Source of the DNA: Chthoniobacteraceae bacterium
GTDB lineage: Bacteria; Verrucomicrobiota; Verrucomicrobiia; Chthoniobacterales; Chthoniobacteraceae
Direction of reading: 5' to 3'
NCBI GenBank assembly: GCA_037190965.1
Contig: JBBCKI010000030.1
Coordinates: forward strand, 32,001 to 96,000
Length of the DNA: 64,000 bases
In this document: one piece after another, positions 22,242-32,634 of the stretch
How the letters are laid out: each line of letters begins with the position of its first letter
How positions within the stretch are numbered: the stretch's first letter is position 1
Made by a program: the position numbers and the translations under genes
Notes under the pieces: generated by a model
Seen by the model: only the letters and a program-made list of their open reading frames with translations
The model's database searches: none
What the model was told of the DNA's origin: nothing

Positions 22242-22505
22242 CTAAGCGAGAGCGGCCAGCTTCTTCTGGAAGCGGCTCTTCTTGCGGTCGGCGAGGTTCT
22301 TGTGAACGCGGCCGGTTTTCACGGCTTTGTCGAGAGCGGAAGCGAGCGTCTGCAGACCGGCTTTGGCTTCGTCTTTCTTGCCGGCGGCGATAGCGGCGGA
22401 GAGGGCCTTAGTGTAGGTTTTGATCGCGCTCAAGGCGGCGCGGTTTTGCTCCGTACGGACGACAGTCTGACGGGCGCGTTTGGCAGCGGATTTGATGTTG
22501 GCCAT
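22242..22505 (-). CDS. rpsT: 30S ribosomal protein S20
   Basis: MANIKSAAKRARQ...HKNLADRKKSR. Confidence 0.97.
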   Translation of the reverse strand: MANIKSAAKRARQTVVRTEQNRAALSAIKTYTKALSAAIAAGKKDEAKAGLQTLASALDKAVKTGRVHKNLADRKKSRFQKKLAALA

Positions 22506-22647
22506 GGCTGATCTAGAAAATTAAAGGAGGCGGAAAATGAACGTTGATCGCAAATTTGTCAACACCATAGAGAGGAACCCGTTGACGTCAGGCGCTCATC
22601 CCGCCATATTCGCCCCCCTTCTGAAAGAGAAATCCACGAGTTTAGAT

Positions 22648-24471
22648 ATGGACCACATCCGCAACATCGCCATCATCGCGCACGTCGATCATGGCAAAAC
22701 CACACTGGTTGACCAGCTGCTCAAGCAGTCCGGCACATTCCGCGCCAACCAGGCCATCGCAAGCGAAGAGCGCATCATGGACTCGATGGACCTCGAGCGT
22801 GAGAAAGGAATTACGATCCGCGCAAAGAACGCCGCCTACAAGTGGCGCGACTACCACGTCAACATCATCGACACCCCTGGCCACGCCGACTTCGGCGGCG
22901 AAGTGGAGCGGATCATGAAAATGGTCGACGGCGTGCTCCTGGTGGTCGATTCCCACGACGGCCCGCAGGCCCAGACCAAGTTCGTTCTTAAAAAGGCGCT
23001 CGCCAACGGCGTCAAGCCGATCGTCGTCATCAACAAGATCGACCGCGAGAACGCCCGCCCTCACAAGGTGCTCGACATGGTGTTCGACCTTTTCGTCGAA
23101 CTCAACGCCAACGACGAGCAGCTCGACTTCCCTGTGATCTACGGCAGCGGCCGCGACGGCTACGCCATGAAGGAGCTCGGGCAATCCTCCGACAATTTCG
23201 AACCTCTCTATGAGGCGATCGTGGAGCACATCCCGCCGCCCCCGAAATCCGACGTGAGCTACTTCCAGATGATCGCGTCGAACCTCGACTACTCCGATTA
23301 TCTGGGCCGTATCGCTTACGGCCGCATCGTCAGCGGACGCGTTTCCGTCGGCGACTCGATCGTCTGCATCCACCAGGACGGACGCCGCGAACGCGCCAAC
23401 GTCACCGCGCTCTTCGGCCACCAGGGGCTCAACAAGATCGAGCTCAAGCATGCCAGCGCAGGCGACATCGTCGGTCTCTGCGGTTTTGAAGACGTCTTCA
23501 TCGGCGAAACGATCACCGACAGTGAAGAGCGCCTCCCGCTTCCTTTCGTCGACATCGATCCTCCGACGATCACGATGAAGATCTGCATCAACGACGGCCC
23601 GCTGGCCGGTCGCGAAGGCAAGCTCCTCACCGCCCGTCAGGTCCGCGAACGTCTCGTCCGCGAAACCCGCACGAACGTTTCCATCATTTTCAACGATACG
23701 GATACCGCCGGTCACTTCGAAGTGCAGGCGCGTGGCGAAATGCAGATCGCGATCATCGTGGAGCAGATGCGCCGCGAAGGGTTCGAAGTGCTCGTCTCCC
23801 GTCCCGAGGTCATCTTCCAACGCGACGAGCAGGGCAACCTGCTTGAACCGATGGAAACCCTCTACGTCGACGTGCCGAACGAGAACCTCGGCGATATCCT
23901 CCAGAGCCTCGCGGGCCGTAAGGCGGAAATCGTCAACATGGAGCACCAGACGCACAGCGTCACCGTGGAAGCCGTCCTCCCGACGCGCGGCTTGATCGGC
24001 TTCGAAACCGATCTCGTCAACTGCACTCGCGGTCACGGTATCGCTTCGCACCTCTTCAAGGAATACGCCCCGCACAAGGGCGAAATCCCGACCCGCAACA
24101 ACGGCGTGCTGATCTCCATGGAGAACGGCATCTCGACCTCCTACGCCCTGGAGACCATCCAGGAGCGTGGCCGCCTCTTCATCGGGCCACAGGAAGAAGT
24201 CTACGAAGGGATGATCATCGGCGAAAACGCCCGTCCGGACGACATGCCGGTGAACCCGACCCGCGCCAAGAAGCTCACCAACATGCGCTCGCAGGGTGAC
24301 GGCAAGGGGATCTCCCTCGCGCCGCCGCTCACGATGACGCTGGAACGCTCGCTCGAGTACATCGCCCCTGACGAATACGTCGAGGCGACCCCGAAGAGCC
24401 TCCGTCTGCGCAAGAAGATCCTCGACGCGAACGCCCGCAAGCGTGCCGGAAACACGCCGAAGGTCGGCTAA
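22648..24471 (+). CDS. typA: Translational GTPase TypA/BipA
   Basis: IRNIAIIAHVDHGKTTLVD, DTPGHADFGGEVER, NKID, GREGK, KKLTNMRS, EATPKSLRLRK. Confidence 0.97.
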   Translation: MDHIRNIAIIAHVDHGKTTLVDQLLKQSGTFRANQAIASEERIMDSMDLEREKGITIRAKNAAYKWRDYHVNIIDTPGHADFGGEVERIMKMVDGVLLVVDSHDGPQAQTKFVLKKALANGVKPIVVINKIDRENARPHKVLDMVFDLFVELNANDEQLDFPVIYGSGRDGYAMKELGQSSDNFEPLYEAIVEHIPPPPKSDVSYFQMIASNLDYSDYLGRIAYGRIVSGRVSVGDSIVCIHQDGRRERANVTALFGHQGLNKIELKHASAGDIVGLCGFEDVFIGETITDSEERLPLPFVDIDPPTITMKICINDGPLAGREGKLLTARQVRERLVRETRTNVSIIFNDTDTAGHFEVQARGEMQIAIIVEQMRREGFEVLVSRPEVIFQRDEQGNLLEPMETLYVDVPNENLGDILQSLAGRKAEIVNMEHQTHSVTVEAVLPTRGLIGFETDLVNCTRGHGIASHLFKEYAPHKGEIPTRNNGVLISMENGISTSYALETIQERGRLFIGPQEEVYEGMIIGENARPDDMPVNPTRAKKLTNMRSQGDGKGISLAPPLTMTLERSLEYIAPDEYVEATPKSLRLRKKILDANARKRAGNTPKVG

Positions 24472-24495
24472 GCGGCTTCTTCATTTCGACTTGAA

Positions 24496-24532
24496 ACCGT
24501 GCCCGGGCAACCCGCCCGGGCACGGTTGTTTT
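24496..24532 (+). terminator. Intrinsic terminator after typA
   Basis: AACCGTGCCCGG...CCGGGCACGGTT followed by GTTTT. Confidence 0.7.
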
Positions 24533-24679
24533 AAACCGTCCAAACCTTTTGGGCTCGAAGGCGCTTCCTGCTCACCAAAAGCTGCGGTCTCCGCAGCTTT
24601 CGCGCCTTTCCCTTCAACCTCCGTCACCCTCCTCAGGGCTGAGACGAACGATTCCCCAAAACGGCACGATACACGGGAG

Positions 24680-25399
24680 ATGAGTGCCTTTCAGGACGCC
24701 CCGGCCAATCCCTTGCCGCAACCGGAGTGGTTGAGCTATCTCCGTTCCGAGGAATGGACCGTTTTTTGCGAAATCTTCCGACGCACCCATGATGCAGGGA
24801 TTGAAATATTGCTTGGGGGCGGCCTTGCTCTTTCGGCCTATATGCCGCTCCGGCGCTGGACGAAGGACCTCGATTTTTACATCCGCCCCGCCGACCGGGA
24901 GCGGATGGTGGCGCTTCTGAACGAAGCCGGTTTCGCCGATTACCATGAGCAGCTCCCCTACGACCGGAGCTGGATTTACCGGGGAATTCGCAACGGGGTG
25001 ATCGTCGATGTCATCTGGAGCTTCGCCAACCACCTGACCGAGGTGGATGAAGAGTGGTTCCGGTTCAGCCGCAGCATCCGGTTCGACGGGTTCGACCTCC
25101 GCGTCATGCCGCCGGAAGAGTTAATCTGGGCAAAGCTCTTCGTCTTCCAGCGCGAACGGTGTGACTGGCCGGATATCCTCAATCTGCTTTACTACGCAGG
25201 GCCTGATCTTAACTGGGAGCGTCTTCGCGCCCGCCTTGGCCCCAATGAGCCGCTGTTCGAAGGCCTTCTCGCCGTGTTCCACTGGCTCTGCCCCACCCAT
25301 CTGCTGGAGAACCGGGACGCCGAGTGCCGGGCGGACCGCGTGAAGCTTCTCGACAGCCGCGACTGGTTCCTGCCCCAGTTCACCCCGCCATCGCCCTGA
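24680..25399 (+). CDS. Nucleotidyltransferase-superfamily protein
   Basis: LLGGGLALSAY...RWTKDLDF (GG + DxD NTase motif), PPEELIWAK, DWPDI. Confidence 0.8.
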   Translation: MSAFQDAPANPLPQPEWLSYLRSEEWTVFCEIFRRTHDAGIEILLGGGLALSAYMPLRRWTKDLDFYIRPADRERMVALLNEAGFADYHEQLPYDRSWIYRGIRNGVIVDVIWSFANHLTEVDEEWFRFSRSIRFDGFDLRVMPPEELIWAKLFVFQRERCDWPDILNLLYYAGPDLNWERLRARLGPNEPLFEGLLAVFHWLCPTHLLENRDAECRADRVKLLDSRDWFLPQFTPPSP

Positions 25400-25413
25400 T
25401 TGGCCTTGATCCC

Positions 25414-26190
25414 ATGCTCATCGGCGCCATGAACCATCCCCAGCGCGATCCTGTCCAGGAAATGGACTGGATGGGGCGGCTCGGGCTCGGTTTTGTGGAT
25501 TTGACGCTGGAGCCCCCTGCCGCCTCCTCCTCGCGAGTGGATGTCGCATCGCTTCGCGCCGGTCTGGAACACAACCGCCTGCGCGTGATCGGCCACACCC
25601 CGTTCTATCTCCCCATCGCCAGCCCCATTGAGGAACTCCGGCAGGCGGCCATCCTGGAGTTGAAACGCTGCATCGATGTCTTTGCGGCGCTCGGCGCGCT
25701 CTGGGTTAACGTCCATCCCGACTCCCATATGCATTTTTACCCCAAGGACGAAATGCGGGAGCAAAACCGCCGAAGCCTGCGCGAGCTTCTTGCCCATGCC
25801 TCCGAACGCGGAACCGGGCTGATGGTGGAGAACATCCCCAAAACGTTCAACTCCGTAACCCAGCTCGCGCCGCTGCTCGATCCCCTGCCGGAACTCGGGC
25901 TGCATCTCGACATCGGTCACGCCAACCTTCAGGTCGAAGAGAACACCACCGCGGAACTGGTGGCCCACTACGGCCCGCGCATCCGGCACGTTCATTTGCA
26001 CGACAACAAGGGAGGCTCCGCCGATCTTCATCTCCCCCTCGGCTCGGGCACCCTCGATCTTCGCCATGAACTGGCCGAACTGAAAGCCTCGGGCTACGAC
26101 GGGACGATCACCCTGGAAGTTTTCAGCCGCGATCCTCACTACTTCATCTACAGCCGGGACGTGCTGCGCACCCTCTGGGATGGGCTCTAA
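25414..26190 (+). CDS. Sugar-phosphate isomerase/epimerase (AP endonuclease 2 TIM-barrel family)
   Basis: VHP, MVEN, HLDIGHA, HVHLHDN, DLHLPLG.G, ITLEV metal-binding motifs. Confidence 0.85.
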   Translation: MLIGAMNHPQRDPVQEMDWMGRLGLGFVDLTLEPPAASSSRVDVASLRAGLEHNRLRVIGHTPFYLPIASPIEELRQAAILELKRCIDVFAALGALWVNVHPDSHMHFYPKDEMREQNRRSLRELLAHASERGTGLMVENIPKTFNSVTQLAPLLDPLPELGLHLDIGHANLQVEENTTAELVAHYGPRIRHVHLHDNKGGSADLHLPLGSGTLDLRHELAELKASGYDGTITLEVFSRDPHYFIYSRDVLRTLWDGL

Positions 26191-26258
26191 AAAAACCATG
26201 TTTCCACACCGAAAATGGTTTTCCACCCAGCCGGTTTGATGCATGTTCCCTTTTTCCC

Positions 26259-26765
26259 ATGTCGCAAAAAGTCATCACCTTCCATTACACGCTCACCGAT
26301 TCGGACGGGGTCGTCATCGAAAGCTCGCTGAACCGTGATCCCGTGACGTTCATGACCAGCGTCGGGATGATCGTGCCGGGCCTTGAAAAGGAGATCATCC
26401 ATTTCGCGGAGGGCGACAAGCGCCGCGTGGAAGTAAAGGCGGAAGAGGCTTACGGCCTGATCGATTTCAACAAGTTCGTCCAGGTGCCGCGCGAAGCGTT
26501 GCCCAAGCCGGACATCGCCGTTGGGGACGTCTTCAGTTCCAACGCCGCTCCCACCCCTTTTACGGTCAAGCAGGTGAATGACACCCACGTCGTCCTTGAC
26601 GGCAACCACCCGCTGGCAGGCGAAGACCTCACCTTCGACGTGGAACTCGTGGAAAGCCGCGAAGCCACTCCTGAAGAGATCGCGCAGCTTGAGGAACAGC
26701 TTGCCAAGATGAGAGAGGGCGGCATGCCTCCCCAGCAGCCAGAAGCGCCGCAGGAAAACGCGTAA
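26259..26765 (+). CDS. slyD: FKBP-type peptidyl-prolyl isomerase, SlyD-like (no His-rich tail)
   Basis: FHYTL, IVPGLE, EEAYG, LDGNHPLAGEDLTFDVE. Confidence 0.88.
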   Translation: MSQKVITFHYTLTDSDGVVIESSLNRDPVTFMTSVGMIVPGLEKEIIHFAEGDKRRVEVKAEEAYGLIDFNKFVQVPREALPKPDIAVGDVFSSNAAPTPFTVKQVNDTHVVLDGNHPLAGEDLTFDVELVESREATPEEIAQLEEQLAKMREGGMPPQQPEAPQENA

Positions 26766-26787
26766 GCGCCGTTATTTTTTGGCTTTT

Positions 26788-26820
26788 GGCCGCCGTGAAA
26801 TCTCGCGGCGGCCTTTTTTG
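26788..26820 (+). terminator. Intrinsic terminator after slyD
   Basis: GGCCGCCG...CGGCGGCC followed by TTTTTT. Confidence 0.75.
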
Positions 26821-26896
26821 TTCATCCCCCGCCAGTTCCCTCGCTTGATTTTCTGACGACTCTGCTAAGCTCACCAGCGTGCATTCGACCGCCGCA

Positions 26897-28678
26897 ATGG
26901 AAGAGACCCCCCTAAAATCCCGTGTTTCGCAGGACTTCGATATTCTAAGAGGTTACCTGCGCCCCTTCTGGAAACGCTTCACCACAGCGATGGTGGTCTC
27001 GAGTGTCTCGATGGGGTTCGGGCTCATGTTTCCCTTTCTGGTCGGCTTCCTGATCGACGCGGCGATTCCCTCGGTCAAAACGTTCCCGGCGGGGAGCTGG
27101 AATCCCTCCGTCAACGAGGTCGCTTTGCTCCTTTTCGGCTCCCTTGCCATCCAAGCCATCCTGACGTTTTTCAGCTCTTACTGGTTCAACCAGGTTGGCG
27201 AATCGGCCGTCGTCGGGCTGCGCCGCGATCTCTACGGGCGCCTCATTTCCCTGCCAATGAAGTTCTTCGGGGAACACCGGGTGGGTGAACTGGCCAACCG
27301 CGTCTCCAGCGACTGCGCCATTATTCAAGACACCCTTGTCGCCACCGTGCCGCAGTTCATTCGCCAAGGAGCCCTCCTCCTTGGCGGTCTTATTTTCATT
27401 GCCGTCACTTCTCTTAAACTCTCGCTGGCGATGATCTCCACCGTGCCGGTCGTGATCCTCGTTGCAATCCTCTTTGGTAAAAAAATCCGCCGTTATTCGC
27501 GGGTGGCGCAGGATCGGCTGGCCAGCAGCGCCACCGTGGTGGAAGAAACACTCCAGGGCATCGTCAACGTAAAGGCCTTCGGCAATGAAGGTTATGAGAC
27601 CAACCGTTACGGCGGCAACCTGAGCGCCTACCTCGTCACCGCGCTCAAATCCGCACGACTTCGCGCCGGGTTGATCTCGTTCGTCATCATCGGGGTCATC
27701 GGCTCGATCATCCTCGTTCTCTGGTACGGAGCTCATTTGATGCAACAAGGGCAATTGAGCCACGGCGAACTGACCCGCTTTGTGTTCTTCACGATGTTCG
27801 TGGGCGGCGCGGTCGCCTCCTTTGCCGAGGTCATCAGCCAGCTTCAACGCACTCTCGGAGCCACGGAACGGGTCCGCGAAATGCTCGAGGAACCGGCCGA
27901 GTCTCACATCGACATCACCGGCGAGGAAGATCGCCAGCCGAAAGGAGCGGTCGAGTTCGTGCAGGTTCACTTCAACTACCCGTCGCGTCCCGACATCACC
28001 GTCTTGCGCGGCGTCTCCATCCAGGCGGCCGCCGGAGAAAAAATCGCGATCGTCGGCCCGAGCGGCGCAGGGAAATCGACCTTGGCCGCACTGCTCCTCC
28101 GCTTTTACCAACCCAGGGAAGGTTGCCTGCTTTTCGACGGGCACGATGCCAACGAGTTCCGGCTCGCCGCCATTCGCAACAAAACCGCGCTCGTGCCCCA
28201 GGAAGTGATGCTTTTCGGCGGCTCGATCGGCGAGAACATCGCCTACGGCCGCCCCGGTGCGACCGAAGAGGAGATCCTGCAAGCCTCGCGCCAGGCTAAC
28301 TGCCACGAATTCGTGAGCCGCCTCCCCGAGGGATACAACACGGTGGTCGGGGATCGCGGCGTTCAGCTTTCCGGCGGCCAGCGGCAGCGCGTCGCCATCG
28401 CCCGGGCCTTACTCAGGGACCCGGCGATCCTGATTCTGGACGAAGCCACCAGCTCGCTCGACAGCGAAAGCGAAGCGCTCATTCAACAGGCGCTCGCAAC
28501 CCTGCTGGAGGGGCGCACCGCCTTTATCATCGCGCACCGGCTTTCCACCGTCCGCAACGCCGACCGCATCTACGTGCTGGAGGAAGGGATCGTCGCGGAG
28601 ACGGGCACCCATGCGGAGCTGATCGCGATGGATGGAATCTACCGGCGGCTTCACGACCTGCAGCTTGCCAATGAGTAA
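26897..28678 (+). CDS. ABC exporter, fused permease/ATPase (MsbA-like)
   Basis: TM domain plus GPSGAGKST, LSGGQRQR, ILILDEATS, IAHR. Confidence 0.93.
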   Translation: MEETPLKSRVSQDFDILRGYLRPFWKRFTTAMVVSSVSMGFGLMFPFLVGFLIDAAIPSVKTFPAGSWNPSVNEVALLLFGSLAIQAILTFFSSYWFNQVGESAVVGLRRDLYGRLISLPMKFFGEHRVGELANRVSSDCAIIQDTLVATVPQFIRQGALLLGGLIFIAVTSLKLSLAMISTVPVVILVAILFGKKIRRYSRVAQDRLASSATVVEETLQGIVNVKAFGNEGYETNRYGGNLSAYLVTALKSARLRAGLISFVIIGVIGSIILVLWYGAHLMQQGQLSHGELTRFVFFTMFVGGAVASFAEVISQLQRTLGATERVREMLEEPAESHIDITGEEDRQPKGAVEFVQVHFNYPSRPDITVLRGVSIQAAAGEKIAIVGPSGAGKSTLAALLLRFYQPREGCLLFDGHDANEFRLAAIRNKTALVPQEVMLFGGSIGENIAYGRPGATEEEILQASRQANCHEFVSRLPEGYNTVVGDRGVQLSGGQRQRVAIARALLRDPAILILDEATSSLDSESEALIQQALATLLEGRTAFIIAHRLSTVRNADRIYVLEEGIVAETGTHAELIAMDGIYRRLHDLQLANE

Positions 28679-28735
28679 CCCCTAAAAGTGATGAGGGGAA
28701 GGAATGAGGCATGCCTAGAGCCGACCGCTCTAGCC

Positions 28736-28895
28736 GGTGCGGCAGCACCGGTAGCCCGCTCGCGCCGTCGAGCGCGGGTATCGACTCTCCCTGGCTTGAT
28801 GAAGGCCGCATCCCAATCCCAGCAGCCCGCCCCACGAGGATGGACGCCAACGCGACTCTTCACCGATCCCGCGCTCGCGGCGCGAGCGGGCTACC
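28736..28895 (+). repeat. GTAG-tagged REP-doublet element, copy 4
   Basis: Same termini as copy 2; abuts the TAG stop of the MscS gene; lies between convergent genes. Confidence 0.92.
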
Positions 28896-31297
28896 TACTT
28901 CACCACCGCAGGAGTTGCCGGAGCCGGGGCCAACGCCACCCCCTCTTTGCGTAGCGCCTCGTGGAGCGCCACCGTCAGTTCGCTTCGGATCTGGAACCAC
29001 TCTTCGTAGGAATTGGTCCAGGCGCGCACCTCAAATTCGAAGGCCGCCGGGCTCATTTTCAGGAAATAGGCATTTGGCGCGGGATGGTCCGCCACGCGGG
29101 GATGCGCGGCGGCCACTTGCCTTAGCAAGTCGATCACGCACGCGGGATCGCATCCCGGCATGACATTGACGGCGATCTCCATCCCTCGCTGGCGGTTGGA
29201 GCGTGTCCAGTTGGTCACACGGTCGGAGAGGAGCGTTCCATTGGGTACGATGATTTCCGAGCCGCTGGATGTCCGGATCACGCTGGCGCGGATGCCGATC
29301 TGGTTGACGACGCCCGACGAATCGCCGATCTGCACCACATCACCGACGTTCACCGGGCGTTCGAAAAGCAGAATCAACCCCGAAACGAAGTTATTGACGA
29401 TGTTCTGAAGGCCGAAACCGAGGCCCACGCCAAACGCACCGGCGAGAATCGTCACTTTCGTCAGGTCAACCCCCAGCATGGCGACGGCCAGGAAGAAGCC
29501 CAGCAACAGGACCGCGTAGTGGAGTACCGTCGAGATCGCGTAAGGAAGCCCGCGAGAGAGGCGGACGCGGGGATAGACATCTTCCTCCAGCACAAAGCGA
29601 ATGAACTTCGAGAGCAGAAAGGTGGCCCAGACGGTCAACCCGAAATCGAGCACGTTCCGCAGCGAAGGGAGGAACGAATCCGCGCCGGGCTTGGCTTTGA
29701 GAATTTCGCCAATTTTTTCCGCCACGACGCCGTTGAGTGAAAGAAGCCGTATGGTCAGCCACCCCCAGAGCAGCACAATGGCCCAGCGAAGGATTCGGCG
29801 GGATCGCTCCCAAAGTAAAGGCCGGTAACGCCGAACCATCCCGAGCCCCTTCAAGGGAGGAACACAGAGCGCCCACATCAAAATACCGTCACCAATGGCC
29901 ACCAGACCGGAGAAGACGACCGCGAGATAAAAGCTCCCCAAAAGCGCGTTGCCCACCAGCATCGAAAGGCGCACATACCCGAACGCATTGGCGAGAAACG
30001 CCGCGGCAAACACCGCCAGCGCGATGCGCGCGCCGTAACGGACCGCGTGACGCAGAAACCCGTCCGCCTCAGGGGAACGTGCCGAACGCCGCAACAGCAA
30101 AAGCGCAAAGAGCAACCCCGCAAACATCTCCGAGAGAAACATCCCCCGCGACAACAATGGGAGCGCGGCCACGAGATCGCGGGCGGTGTCGAAGATGAAG
30201 AACCCGATCAGGACATTGAGAATCGGATAAAGCGACGGCACGATAAGCCTTCGCAAAATGAGAATGGCCGGAATGAGCGACGCCGCTCCGGCGAATGCCA
30301 GAAAAAGCCTTGGCGGCTGCAGGTAGATCCAAGGGCTTGCCAGCATGGAGAGCACCAGGGCGGTGGCAGCAGGCATCTCTGCCACGCTCCTGACGCGTTG
30401 CAGGGCCGGATCGTCCCCCATTCTCCCGGCCATTTTCTCCATCCCCTGTCGCGTCTGCAGAAGTACCCCGAAGAGTATGGCGAAGACCAGCGCGTGCAGG
30501 ACAAACCGCCCCGCGCTTTTTTCGACGTAAGCCTTCAATCCCGTGAATTGCGCGGAAAACGAGTTCTGCCCCTGCTGAGCCAGCGATTCCTCGGCAGCCG
30601 GGCGCAGTTCCACGCTCCAGATCGCCACCCCCTCCTTGACGAACAGGCTGCGAACCGCCTCGTTGCGAGCCTGCTTCAAGCGAGTGAGAACTTCGGCTAC
30701 CCGGGCGTCCTGCTCCGCCACGCGGGTTTGCAGCTTAAGCACTGCCTCGCGCTGTTTCCCCGCCTGTTTGCGGGTCTCCTTGATCGAGGTGATCAACTTA
30801 TCCACCCTCTGGAGCACTTCGGGCGGCGCGTCTGAACTCACGGCCTTGGTCCCGCTCCAAAGGGCCTCCATTTCGGAGAGGCGCGCAATCTCGGTATCGA
30901 GCCATTTTGCGCGCCCGGAGAGCCCGTCCTTCCAACCGGTGAGGGTCTCGGCGGTTTTCACCCACTGGGCCTCAAGGGCGGGGAGCATTTCCAAAGTGGG
31001 ACTTGGCAGCCCATCCCCACGCCCGGCGTCGATCTCCCGCGAAAGGGTGGATACCGCCGCATCCACCGTGGCGACAATCGGGTCGCCCAGCAACCCGGTC
31101 TCGATCTCGCGCCGCTTGGCCTCTGTCGCATCCCCCTGTGCCACGATTTCTGACAGCGGCACTGACGGGGGAGTGGGACTCGGAGCGGGTGTTTCCACCT
31201 TGGCCGGGGATGGAGAAGGCGTTGGAGCGCCCAGGCCCGGGAAGGCGGCTCCTCCCAAAAACACGATGAGAAGAAGAGTGCGGAAGAGAAACATCAT
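28895..31297 (-). CDS. Large MscS-family mechanosensitive channel (MscK-like)
   Basis: Signal peptide, coiled-coil periplasmic region, many TMs, GAFGVGLGFGLQNIVNNFVSGLILLFERP, IIVPN, VTNWT. Confidence 0.9.
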   Translation of the reverse strand: MMFLFRTLLLIVFLGGAAFPGLGAPTPSPSPAKVETPAPSPTPPSVPLSEIVAQGDATEAKRREIETGLLGDPIVATVDAAVSTLSREIDAGRGDGLPSPTLEMLPALEAQWVKTAETLTGWKDGLSGRAKWLDTEIARLSEMEALWSGTKAVSSDAPPEVLQRVDKLITSIKETRKQAGKQREAVLKLQTRVAEQDARVAEVLTRLKQARNEAVRSLFVKEGVAIWSVELRPAAEESLAQQGQNSFSAQFTGLKAYVEKSAGRFVLHALVFAILFGVLLQTRQGMEKMAGRMGDDPALQRVRSVAEMPAATALVLSMLASPWIYLQPPRLFLAFAGAASLIPAILILRRLIVPSLYPILNVLIGFFIFDTARDLVAALPLLSRGMFLSEMFAGLLFALLLLRRSARSPEADGFLRHAVRYGARIALAVFAAAFLANAFGYVRLSMLVGNALLGSFYLAVVFSGLVAIGDGILMWALCVPPLKGLGMVRRYRPLLWERSRRILRWAIVLLWGWLTIRLLSLNGVVAEKIGEILKAKPGADSFLPSLRNVLDFGLTVWATFLLSKFIRFVLEEDVYPRVRLSRGLPYAISTVLHYAVLLLGFFLAVAMLGVDLTKVTILAGAFGVGLGFGLQNIVNNFVSGLILLFERPVNVGDVVQIGDSSGVVNQIGIRASVIRTSSGSEIIVPNGTLLSDRVTNWTRSNRQRGMEIAVNVMPGCDPACVIDLLRQVAAAHPRVADHPAPNAYFLKMSPAAFEFEVRAWTNSYEEWFQIRSELTVALHEALRKEGVALAPAPATPAVVK

Positions 31298-31393
31298 GGC
31301 AGCCAGAGTGCGGCTATTGCCTGTATGCCCAATCCCGCTCCGGCGCAAGGATCGGATTTTCACCCCCGTTTGGCCAAAGTAAAAACCGCTTGA

Positions 31394-31412
31394 CCGAACA
31401 TGAAATGTTCGG
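31394..31412. promoter_or_regulatory. Palindromic operator candidate between the divergent mscS gene and the pilin-like cassette
   Basis: CCGAACAT-GAA-ATGTTCGG has perfect 8-bp arms and overlaps a TTGACC hexamer (31390-31395). Confidence 0.5.
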
Positions 31413-31483
31413 CATCTATTTTGTAAGGACAATGTAAATCTCACTCCTCGAACTTCGTCCGAAACCTCTCCCGGAATTTGGCC

Positions 31484-32194
31484 ATGCCCGAACTTCACCG
31501 TTGCCTCCCGAAACCGCGAGTCCGTCCTCCTGGGCCGCAAAGCGTGCTTGCGTTTACCTTGATCGAACTGCTCGCGGTGATCGCCATCATGGTCATGCTG
31601 TTGGCCTTCACGATCCCCATTATCCGGAGCGGCACGGACATGAACAAATCGGCGTGGGAGATAGCCGGCATCATCGAACAGGCCAGGGCCTACGCAATGG
31701 CGCAAAACACCTACGTCTGGGTTGGCTTCAATGAAGCCCAAGCCGTTGTGCCGGCAAACCAGACCAATACCGCCGTTTTCGTGGTGGCCTCCAAAGACGG
31801 AACGGCAACCTTCAATACGGCAAATCTATCGCAAATCGGGAAGACCACGATCTTTCAAAACCTGACGATTGGCGATTTCTCCGGCGCAACTTTCAACTAC
31901 GGAAACCGGCAGAGGAATTCCGGCGACGTCCAAGTCACGCAGCTTTCAGGAAAATCTCCTGTCACCATGGTCCTGCCCGGAAAGCTCTCGACCTACACCG
32001 CAAATAAGACCTTTCAGATTAATCCGGAGGGCTCGGTAAAAATCCCGACCGCCAATTCTCTGGCCGACCTGACGATGGTTCATTGGATTGAGCTGGGACT
32101 CCAGCCGATGAGAGGAACCACCAAGGGAACCGGCGACACGGCCGCCATCCAGATTGCCGGATTAACAGGCCAAACCCGCGTTTATCGGCCATGA
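31484..32194 (+). CDS. Verru_Chthon cassette protein D-like (prepilin-type N-terminus, FimT/GspH-like)
   Basis: A|FTLIELLAVIAI, ARAYAMAQNTYVWV, C-terminal IQIAGLTGQTRVYRP. Confidence 0.85.
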   Translation: MPELHRCLPKPRVRPPGPQSVLAFTLIELLAVIAIMVMLLAFTIPIIRSGTDMNKSAWEIAGIIEQARAYAMAQNTYVWVGFNEAQAVVPANQTNTAVFVVASKDGTATFNTANLSQIGKTTIFQNLTIGDFSGATFNYGNRQRNSGDVQVTQLSGKSPVTMVLPGKLSTYTANKTFQINPEGSVKIPTANSLADLTMVHWIELGLQPMRGTTKGTGDTAAIQIAGLTGQTRVYRP

Positions 32195-32631
32195 AGAAAA
32201 CACGCTCTACAAAACCGGGGGCTTTCACGCTCGTCGAAGTCACCCTCGCACTGGGGATCGCCGCCTTTTGCCTGATTGCTCTGCTGGGACTTTTGCCCGC
32301 GAGCGTCAATTCAAGCAATAACGCAACCGAGGAAACCGCGGCGATGAATGGGGTTGCGGGATTGGTCGCCGATCTGAAAACCACTCCGCCCACCGCGACC
32401 GGCAGCCCCCTTTATGGCATTCCGCTCACCTCCGGGACCCTATACTTCAACGATGCCTGGCAAAAGGTAACCACCGTTGCAGGCGCACGCTACCGCGTGA
32501 CTACCATCGCCACGCCTGCGGGAAGCGTCACGCCCGCGCGCGCCACCCTCCATGTCAGTTGGCCCGCGGCGGTAACTCCGCAAAACGCCACGGGTTCGGT
32601 CACCGTTTTTGCCGCCTACAACAGCCAATAG
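32191..32631 (+). CDS. Verru_Chthon cassette protein B-like (prepilin-type N-terminus)
   Basis: GA|FTLVEVTLALGIAAFCLIALLGLLP; ATGA overlap with the previous gene. Confidence 0.87.
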   Translation: MKKTRSTKPGAFTLVEVTLALGIAAFCLIALLGLLPASVNSSNNATEETAAMNGVAGLVADLKTTPPTATGSPLYGIPLTSGTLYFNDAWQKVTTVAGARYRVTTIATPAGSVTPARATLHVSWPAAVTPQNATGSVTVFAAYNSQ

Positions 32632-32634
32632 CCC

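Noticed and set aside
22642..24075. 477-aa antisense ORF over typA (likewise 26945..28306, 39207..40778, 43381..44988, 48996..50273)
   Set aside because: Shadow ORFs expected from high-GC codon bias on the opposite strand of clear genes; no motifs.
31298..31741. 148-aa N-terminal extension of the MscS ORF (948 aa as called)
   Set aside because: It overlaps the divergent pilin gene and promoter; a clear signal peptide begins at 31297.
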